Positions 54,870-64,000 of a stretch of 64,000 nt of DNA are shown one piece after another (position 1 is the stretch's first letter; the number at the start of each line of letters is the position of its first letter). The translations under genes were made by a program, and so were the position numbers. The notes under the pieces are model-generated. The model was given only the letters and a program-made list of their open reading frames with translations, did not search any database and had not been told where the DNA came from. Source of the DNA: the human T2T-CHM13v2.0 reference genome, Homo sapiens. The stretch lies in the NCBI RefSeq assembly GCF_009914755.1, contig NC_060934.1. One strand, written 5' to 3'.

Positions 54870-55200
54870 GTTGTAACTGAGGAACTTTTCTACAAATTAA
54901 GGAACAGTACGTTCCAAGTGTCAACGTCACGAAGTTCTTTCATGACTTAGGAACTGTCCCAGATTGAAGGAGATTTAGGAGTAAGAAAATACATCCTATG
55001 ATCCTGAATTAGATCCTAGTCCAACAAAAGGACATTAGGTCAGTTGGCAAAAGTTGACTAAGGTGTGTAGAATGGTCATATCATAACTTTTTAATTTCCT
55101 ACTAGTTTTGAAGTTGAACTGTGGTTGTGTCAGATGTTTGTGGAAGCAGAATATAAGGTATGTAAGAAATTTTAAAAATAGTCTTTTTTAAATGACAATA
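54870..55200 (+). mobile_element. L1MC-like 3' fragment
   Basis: 'aggaactgtcccagattgaaggaga...gatcctgaattagatcct...aaaggacattag...ttaatttcct...actgtggttgtg'. Confidence 0.6.
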
Positions 55201-56986
55201 GAAAATTTGGTCTGATAAACATAAAAGGATTGGATTAAATGACCTGGAAAATCTTTTGAGCCTAAAATTCAATTGTATTACAAAAATATGTGCCAAGCCA
55301 GGTCCCCTGCTGCTGGCTAGTATAAAGTTCAAGTGGAGATTTTAGGAAGGAAAAGGAAATTTGAAAATTTCAAATTATTTTTTTAAGCTTAAACCTTTTC
55401 CAGTAGATAGTTTTATTTCAGAAGGATGAAATGTCTTCAGATTCCTTTGCGGTCTTTACAAAACTAATAACACTCTTGTATGTATTAGTCAACAATCAAA
55501 TATCCAAAAGATAACAGCTGTAACAAAATAGTAAAAATTCTAGTGTGTGTGTGCACGGACACATAACTCATTTCCTTCATGGTAACTTCATTAAAATTCT
55601 CAATCTGTGATCGGACCACTTTGAAGAGTAGCTGTTAATAAGTCAGCTTTTACTAACTTGTAATGGGAAAGTTTTATACGCAAGCTTTTATAAAATATGC
55701 TTTTGGAAGATAAATTTCATTCCATAGACCATTCTAAGACACAAAAGCAAATGCCAGCAGATCAACTATCTCAGCCTTTAAATTTCAGTGCTTCCATGAA
55801 GCACAGTGTCCTAAATGGTAAGCTGGCTAGTTCAGTCATGAAAAGAACATGGAATATGCCTCCAAAAATACCTTTACTACCCAAGAGTAAGGGCTTATCT
55901 TTGGAAAATAAACCTGCACCCTACTAACAAAGCAGTATTTTGGCCAGTTGTGTTGTATAGATGGGAGAAAGTAATCTGGGATTCTCGTGGCATCCCAAAT
56001 CACAAATGCTACTCATTAGCCCAGAAGAGCTGTTTCTCATTTCACAAAAGCTTCACAGATTTGCAGAATTACTTGTTAATGTCTTTTTGTAAGCCTTACT
56101 TCTTTTTATGTCAGGATAAGTGTGTGAGAATTACACTATGTGGAGTAATTACTCCATGGGTAGGAATCCAGATTAATGTATCAAAGTACAGATAGATCCC
56201 TATGCAAAAATAGAACTGGAAAAAAGCAATGAAATTTAAGGGTAATCACTAATGATTTTGAAATAATGTTCTTAATATTTTAGGTCTACATTATTTATAA
56301 TCATTGTAGCATGCTAGCAAAATGGATATGTAGACAATTCCCAGAAAAAAATTAGCAAAATGCAGGTGTTTTGCTTTGCTTCCCTCCACATAAATGCTAC
56401 TTCTTCATCCTGCCAAATATACATCCCTACACCTACACTGAAGAGGTAGTCCAAGAGACTCATTAATGGGAATTCACTGAAGTTGAGCATTTCTTTTACC
56501 ATGTTTTAAAAAATTTTAGGATAGGTGTAGAGTTATAGAAAAATTGTGATAATACAATAGAGAGTGCTCAGACTCTTGAGAAGGTAGCTGCTCAGTGAGA
56601 GGGCAATCTTAAGAGATCTGAGGCTGCTTCCCACCTTACATCAATTGTCATTTGGCAACTCAAGGTCACTCAAATTACGGCCTGTTGCTTTCCCTGCCTG
56701 GAGCACCAGAGCAGCAGCTCAAATATTTTGCCCAGAATGAGAAACAGGATATAGAACAGAGAGCTCCTTTTATACCTGTATACCCCAAAGGATGAGATTG
56801 AAAAAGTTCAACCCTGAGAGCACTCAGCACAACAGTGAAAGCGACGGTGAAAAGCAACTGGGAAATTGATTCATTGCTAAATGATAGGTTCACAGTTCAG
56901 TGGAGAGAAGAGGACAGTGTCAGCAGAAAGAGCACTACTGGTTCAAACAAATATGAACACTGACCTCAGCAACTGTCCCTTTAAAG

Positions 56987-57301
56987 CAGCAGTTTCCCAA
57001 CATTTTCCGCACCAAGGACCAGTTTCGTGGAAGACAGTTTTTCCTCGGACAGTGGGGGATGGTTTCGGCTTGAAACTGTTCCACCTCAGATCATCAAGCA
57101 TTAGACTCTCCTAAAGAGTGCACAACCTAGGTCCTTTGCATGCATGGTTCACAGTAGGGTTCACTCTCTTATTTGAATCTAATGCTGCTGATCTGATAGG
57201 AGGCGGAACTCAGGCAATAAGCTCCCTCACCAGCCACTCACTTTCTGCTATGTGGCCCAGATCTTAACTAGCCACAGACTGGTAATGGTTGGGGGCCCGT
57301 G
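56987..57301 (+). mobile_element. MER1B-like hAT-Charlie DNA transposon
   Basis: 'cagcagtttcccaacatttt..gcaccaaggaccagtttcgtggaagaca...gaaactgttccacctcagatcatcaagcattaga'; perfect 8-bp TSD ctttaaag at 56979-56986 and 57302-57309. Confidence 0.93.
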
Positions 57302-57309
57302 CTTTAAAG

Positions 57310-58478
57310 GACTCTAAATTTGATTAACCTGTGATGGGCATGCCCCATCGCATCAGTGAAAACAACGGCACAATTGGTCAGAATTGGTCATCAGTTAGAA
57401 CATAGCAGCTGTGTATTAGGGAAAGAGACCCTTAATGAAGGCCTTATAATCACTGTTGTCCTACTAACTACTGGGATACCCAAATGTGACAGTAACATTA
57501 CTCTAAGATGATATTGAAAAATAGGAATTTTACAAAAAAGACAAATAGAAGTTCTGGAGTTGAAAGATATGTAATTAAAATAAAAATTCACTGGGGTGAG
57601 GGTTTCAGTGACAGCTTTAAACTGATGTAAGGCTTTAGAGAAATTATATAGACCTATAGAGATTATACTTCCAAAGGGCAAAAAAAAAATGAACTTCAGG
57701 GGCTTCACACTACAGGGGAGTGAGGAGGAGAGTTAGACTGCTCTAAAATAATCCAGACTATCACTAAGTAAGTAAGCAAACCTCAGTAATAAGCTATGGA
57801 GAGTTGAAGTGCCTAGGGTTGCTACATTATCTTAAGTTTCCAATTACTGTGAACAAAAATTGAGGAATGCAAAGCAGAAACAAACAGATTAAGTATGACC
57901 AATACACCAGAAAAAACAGTCCACAGAAACTGAAAGTGATAAAGTTGAGATTTAGGGGTAACCATTATAAACAGCTCAAAGAATTTTAAAAAACCTTGGT
58001 TAAAAGTATGACGGTAATGTTGCTTTAAAAAGATAGTATTGAAATAGGAATTATACAAAAAAATAGAAATTCTGGAGTTGAAAAATATAATTAAAATGAA
58101 AATTCACTAGAGGGTGGTTTCAGTAACAGCTTTAAACTGATATAAGGCTTTAGAGAAGTTATATAGATCTATAGAGATTATACTTCCAAAGGGCAGAAAA
58201 AGAAAAAATGAATAGAGCATCAGAGAAATGTGGGGTTACTATTAGATACACCTACTTATCTGTACTGGGAGTAATAGAGGTAGAAAACAAAAAAAGGAAC
58301 AGATAAAATATTCAAGAATATGATGGCTGAAAAACTTCCCAAATTTATTGAAAAGCTGTAATCTACAAACTTAGGAAACACAACAAACACCAAGTAGAAT
58401 AAGAGCAAAGAGATTCACAAATATACGTCATAGTGAAAATGCTGTAAGAAAAAGGCAAAAAGAAAATCTTGAAAGAAA
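57310..58478 (+). mobile_element. Old L1M 5'UTR/ORF1 region (host element, probably continuing at 62510-63845)
   Basis: ORF1-like A-rich text 'aaatagaaattctggagttgaaaaat', 'atggctgaaaaacttcccaaattt', 'aaagaaaatcttgaaag'. Confidence 0.7.
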
Positions 58479-61400
58479 CAGTCCCCCCAGCACTGTGTAA
58501 CTACTCTACGAAAATATAATCAAATTGTCTTCATAAGAGGATCTCTGTTGGGGTGATCAGACCCAACACCAGATCGTGGGGGTGACAAAGTCCAGCGGGG
58601 TTAAAGGATTGAGAAAAAGACAGCTTGAGAGAGAAAAAAACTAGGACCAGAGAGCCATCCCTAGCATATGGAAACCGCGAAAGCCCCCAGCTCTGGGAGC
58701 CCACGCTATTTATTGGTAAGCCAACAGAGAAACAGGTGGTGAGAATGTGGAGCTCAAAAGTGCACGTTGCATTAAGCACATGATTTACAGCTGTGATGGT
58801 TTAGCATCTGCTCTGCTACTTGAGATAATGGAGAGCAGGTTCTTTTAACTCAAGATACAATCAATCCTGGGAGAGCAAGGAGCAAGGAGCCAGCAAGTCT
58901 AGACACATTGCAGAGCCACGAGTCCTGGATTCTATCCAGGCCACGAGGGATTTTATGCCCTGGGTTTAGATGATGGTGCGTCACGGTAGACTCCCACCCT
59001 TTAGCACAGAGCTTGGTGTTCCAAAGGCCACAGGGGGTTTTAGACCCTGGACCCCGGACATGTTCCAAAACTCCTTTACATTATGTCAGACATGTAAGCC
59101 CTGCCTCGGCTTCTCCCAACACTCAGCTTTTCCCAATAGATCTCTGATCCCATTCCTTCTTACTGGGCAGGACCTGCCAATCAGGGTTCTCAGCCACCCT
59201 GCCAGTGCTCTTCTACTGATGGAGATTTGAAACCTCCCTGGATGGAGATGCCAGAGGTAGTGACAGGCTGCTATCTTTGGTGTTTGGATGACATAGCTAT
59301 TCCGGCCTTCAGACTCTGGGTAGTCCAAGGCGACTGGGGACTGAGGTGCACCCCTGGCACAGAACAACTACCCTATAAAAATGTGGCCAGACTGCTTTTT
59401 TAAAGTAGCTCCCCAATCCCATTCCTCCTCACCAGGCAGGACCTTTCAACTGGGGTCTCCAGCCACCTCCTAAAGGTGCATTTCAGCCATCAACAGGTCT
59501 GTACCTTCTTGGGACAGAACTCTCAGAGCGAGAGGCAGGCTGCTATGTTTGCTGTTTTGCAGCTTTTGTTGGTGATACCCCTAAATACTGGAAAATCTGA
59601 GGTGACTAGGGACTGGAGTGGGCCCCTAGTCTATCACAGCAGCCCTACAGAAAAGTGGCCAGACTGTCAAATTGGTGCCCATTCCTGTATCCCCTCACTG
59701 GGCAGGTCCTCCAGGCCTGGGCCTCCAGTCTCCTGCCATCAGAGCTATTGAGCCAGTAGCAACTTGGCAACTCCCTGAACAGAACCTCCAGGGGCAACTG
59801 AAAGCTTCTCTGCCACTGACTCTGCAGTGGAACTCTCCTTGCTACCCTCAGACTAACCAACGAACAAAGACCCTAAGTGCCTTATCCACATCTCCAACAA
59901 GCTGTAGTCAAAATAAAGAGAGGAGGCCAGTCCATCTCCTACAGGTCCCACATACCACACACTGCTTGTCACCAGACAGGGATCCTGTGGCTTGGGCTCA
60001 TAGCGCAGACCCTTTAACCTGGGCTGATTACACTCAGCAATTGCTGACCTGCATCTCTGTGAGGTGGAGCCTCCAGAAGAAAAGCAAAAGACCCCTTGGC
60101 CACACCACTACTGAGGTCCCTTTGCTGCCTCCAAGCTGGGGAAAGAACATAATTACTGAGATCACCCCAGAGCTGCAGTGGCTACCCCAGGAGTACCAAG
60201 CCATGATCTACCGCCAGCACTCAAGGAGGAGAGGAACCCACATTTTCAGAGCATTGAGAGGGAACACAACTGCAACTGTGAGAAAATATAGGGGAGCCAC
60301 ACAACCAAGTAAGAGTCTACCAACTGACCAATAAGCCTAAGAGCCCCTGCTGGATCACACTCCAGATCTTCCATACCAAAAATACCTTGCTAACATAACC
60401 CCTTCTGAAACCATAGACAAGAAGTCAGCTTCAAATAAAGACCCTGCAGAAAGCCTTGACCCTATGTGTACACCCAGAAAAGAAGTCTGTTGACTGTACT
60501 CAATCTACACTGTAGGCAAGGAACACCCACATGCAGCGATGAAAAAGAATCAACACAAAAACTCCAGTAACTCATGTGGCCAGAGTGTCACATGTCCTCC
60601 AAATGAGCGCACCAGTTCTCCAACAAGAGTTCTTAACCAGGCTGAGCTGGCTGAAATGGTAGAAATTAAATTTAAGATATAGATTGGAATGAAGATCATC
60701 AAGATTCAGGAGGATGGCAAAACCCAATGCAAGGAAACTAAGAATCACAATAAAGCAATACGGGAGATGAAGGATGAAATAGCCAGTATAAAAGAGACCC
60801 TAACCTACCTGACAAAGGTGAATAACAATATAAGCATTTCACAATGCAATCACAAGTATTAACAGCAGGATAAACTAAGTTGAGGAAAGAACCTCTGAAC
60901 TTGAAGACTTGCTCTCTGAAATAAGACAGTCAGAAAAAAAAAAGAATAAAGAATAGAAAAGAATGAACAAAACCTCTGAGAAGTATGGGATTATGTAAAG
61001 AGGTCAAATCTACAAATCACTGGCATCCCTGAAAGGGAGGGGGAGAAATCAAGTCACTTGGAAAATATATTTTAGTATATTGTTCATGAAAATTCCCCAA
61101 CCTTGCTAGAGATGCCAAAAGTCAAATTCAGGAAATGCAGAGAACTCCTGCAAGATTCTACACAAGAAGATCATCCCAAAGAAACATAATAATCAGATTT
61201 TCCAAGATTAAAATAAAAGAAAGAATGTTAAAGGCAGCTAGAGAGAAAGGGCAGGTCACCTACAAAAAGCATTCCATCAGGCTAACAAAAGATTGCTCAG
61301 CTGAAATCCTAGTCAGAAGAGATTGGGGGCCTATATTGAACAACTTAAAGAAAAAAATATTCAACCAAGAATTTCATATCCAGCCAACTAAGCTTCCTAA

Positions 61401-62505
61401 GCAAAGGAGAAATAAGATTCTTTTCAGATAAGCAAATGTTGAGAAAGTTCATTACCACCAGACCTGCTTTACAAGAGATATTGAAAGAAGCACTAAATAC
61501 AGAAAGGAAAGACTGGTACTAGCTAATACAAAACACACTTAAACACACAGACCAGTGTCACTATAAAGCAAACACACAAACAAGCCAACATAAGAACCAG
61601 ATAACAACACAACGACTGGACCGAATCCATGCATATCAATACTAATCTTGAATGTAAACAGGCTAAATGCCCCATTTAAAAGACACAGAGTAGCAAGCTG
61701 GATAAAAAAGCAAGACCTAATGGCATTCTGTCTTCAAGAGACCCATCTCACATGTGATGACACCCACAGTGTCAAAATAAAGGGATGGAGGAAAATCTAC
61801 CAAGCAAATAGAAAACAGAAAAAAAAGCAGGGGTTGCAATGCTAATTTTGGACAAAACGGACTTCAAAAATAAAAAAGATAAAAAAAATACAAAGAAGGG
61901 CATTGCATATGGTAAAGGGTTCAATCCAACAAGGAGACCTAACTATCCCAAATATATATGCTCCTATCACAGAAGCAGCCAGATTCACAAAGCAAGTTCT
62001 TAGAGACCTACAAAGAGACATAGACTACCACACAATAATAGTAGGATACTTCAACACTCCACTAACACTATTAGACAGATCAACCAGGCACAAAATTAAC
62101 AAAGATACTTGGGACCTGAATTCAACATTAGACAAAATGAGTCTGATAGACCTATACAGAACTCTCCACCCAAAACAACAGAATATATATTTTCTCATTG
62201 CCACATGGCACATATTCTAAAATCTAAGAACTGCCTATGGTTACTGCATGTTCATGCTTGTAAGTGGCAGCTAAATGATGAGAACTTATGAACACAAAGA
62301 AGGAAACAGCAGACACTGGGTGTCTTAAGTGGGAGGGTGGGAGTGGGGAGAGGAGTAGAGAAGCTAATTTTAAGTACTGGGCTTAATACCTGGGTGATGA
62401 AGTAATTAGTACAAGGAACCCCCATGACACAAATTTACCTATGTAATAGACCTTCACATGTACCCTTGAACCTAAAATAAAAGTTAAAAAATAAAAAATA
62501 AAATA
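58479..62505 (+). mobile_element. L1PREC2/L1PA15-16-like element: 5'UTR, ORF1, ORF2 endonuclease, then an internal deletion to the 3'UTR
   Basis: ORF1 remnant 61135 'RFSKIKIKERMLKAAREKGQVTYK'; endonuclease remnants 61648 'NVNRLNAPFKRHRVASWIKKQD...CLQETHL' and 61903; jumps at ~62224-62242 to the 3' end 'ctaaatgatgagaacttatgaacacaaagaagg'; A-rich tail. Confidence 0.88.
58546..59138 (-). mobile_element. HERV-K-type solo LTR (LTR14-family / HML-1-like)
   Basis: Minus strand begins 'tattgggaaaagctgagtgttgggagaagccgaggcagggc'; AATAAA on the minus strand at 58709-58714; perfect 6-bp TSD gatctc at 58540-58545 and 59139-59144, typical of betaretrovirus-like ERVs. Confidence 0.82.
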
Positions 62506-62509
62506 AATT

Positions 62510-63845
62510 ATGTTTGTAACACTTATAGCTACTATATATACAGCAATAATAGCACAAAAAAGGGAAGGTGAGCTCCATGGATTAGTTTTCTATATCTTAC
62601 CGGAATTAAGTCTGTGTAAATCTGAAGCTGTTTTGACAAATTAGAATAAAAATGATAAGCATTAGGGCAAGCACTGAAAAAATAACACAACATTATATGA
62701 AAATATCATTAGAGAAATGTAATTGCTACATTAAAAAATATTGACTTAGTGCTAAATTATACACCAAAGAAGGAATAGAGGGGGAAAATGTGATACATAG
62801 AGAAAATAAAACAAAAGGCAAATATAAACCCAACTATTTCAATAATAACATTAAATGAGAATTAATCAAACAGTGCAACTAAAAAACTGAGATTAAATTT
62901 TAAAAAATGATCCAACCTATAAGATGGCTATAAGAAATATACTTTATATTTAAATAAAGAAATAGATTGAAAGTAAAAGGATAAAAAAGATATAATAATA
63001 GTCACGAAAACAAAGCTGGAGTTAGTATGTTAAATATTAGATTAAATAGACTATAAAACAAAAAAATTATTAAAGAATTATTTATAATGATAAAAGGGCC
63101 AATCCATGAGGAAGGTAAACAGTTATAAACGTATATGCATCTGATAACATGTCACCAAAATACATGTAGCAAAAACTAACAGAAGTAAAGAGAGAAATAG
63201 ACAATAGACAATGTGACAATAATAGAAACTTCAATAACCCAGTTTTAGTAGTGAATAGAACAGTTATGCAGAATATCCAACAGGAAATGGAAGACTTAAA
63301 CAATATTATAAACCAACTAGCTCTGTCAGACAACTATCGAACACTCCACTCAACAGCGGCAGAATATGCATTTACTTGAGTGCACATGGAACAGTCTCAG
63401 CTTAGACCTGTTGCTAGTCTATAAAACAAACCTCAAAAAATTGTCAAGTATAGAAATAATACAGAGTATGTTCTTCAACAAATTAGAAATGAATAACAAA
63501 AATTTGTGAAGCTTTCAAATATGTGGATGTTAGACAGCATGCTCCTAAATAACCAATGAGTCATGAAAGAAACCACAGGTTTAGGCGAATGAAAACGAAA
63601 ATACGACATTGTAAAATGTGTGGCATTCAGTTAAAGTAGTGCTTAGAGAAAAATGTATAACTTTAAATATCCATATTGAGAAAGAAGAAATTTCTCAAAT
63701 CAATAACTTAACTTTTTACCTTAAAATTCCAGAAAACGAAGAGCAAACTAAATCTGAAGCAAGCAAAAGAAGGAAATAATTGATTAGAGTAGAAATTAAT
63801 GAAATATGGACTATACAAGCAATAGGAAAAATAAATAGAATGAAT
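62510..63845 (+). mobile_element. Old L1M inter-ORF and ORF2 endonuclease region
   Basis: 'aataataacattaaatgaga', 'taatgataaaagggccaatccatgaggaag', 'cagttaaagtagtgcttagagaaaaat'; heavily decayed. Confidence 0.75.
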
Positions 63846-64000
63846 TAGGGTGTGCTTTATGGCTCAGTCTATCTTGGGTTTATCTTGGTGGATGTTCCAT
63901 ATGAGCTTGAGAAGAATATGTATTCTGCTATAGTTAGATGGAATATTCTATAATTATCCATTAGATTAAACTGATTAATTTTGTTGTACAGATTATATTC
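63846..64000 (-). mobile_element. Antisense L1M ORF2 fragment (runs off the window)
   Basis: 'tatcttggtggatgttccatatgagcttgagaagaatatgtattctgct' is typical antisense L1 endonuclease-region text. Confidence 0.75.

Noticed and set aside
59672-60334. 220-aa ORF
   Set aside because: Lies in the L1 5'UTR, starts at a non-ATG codon and has no recognisable protein features.

Overview
This is primate (human-like) genomic DNA, AT-rich and dominated by interspersed repeats (Alu J/S/Y, L1PA/L1PREC2/L1MA/L1M, MaLR and ERV LTRs, hAT DNA transposons, MIR/L2). I find no supportable intact protein-coding sequence: the recognisable ORFs in the track are decayed L1 ORF1/ORF2 pieces, Alu/LTR read-throughs or chance ORFs in GC-rich DNA. 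The main landmark is a CpG-island promoter at ~53.3-54.3 kb with splice signals on both strands. The window is most simply read as the long first intron (1-53.5 kb) and upstream region of a minus-strand gene that I cannot name from sequence alone. Other large structures are a ~17 kb nested MER34-type ERV1 provirus (10.4-27.4 kb) holding two L1s, an Alu and a THE1 LTR; a 3'UTR-only retrocopy inside an MST LTR inside an L1; and an HERV-K-type solo LTR inside an internally deleted L1. The most unusual signals not explained by repeats are local copy-paste scars: an inverted ~107 bp copy flanked by 19-bp direct repeats at 50.5 kb, an inverted repeat at 5.5-5.8 kb, and a displaced ~210 bp duplication at 57.5/58.0 kb. 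There is also a clean plus-strand mini-intron/exon cassette at 38.3 kb. I see no convincing evidence of a wholly new biological system. Repeat subfamily names come from recalled consensus sequences and need RepeatMasker/Dfam confirmation.
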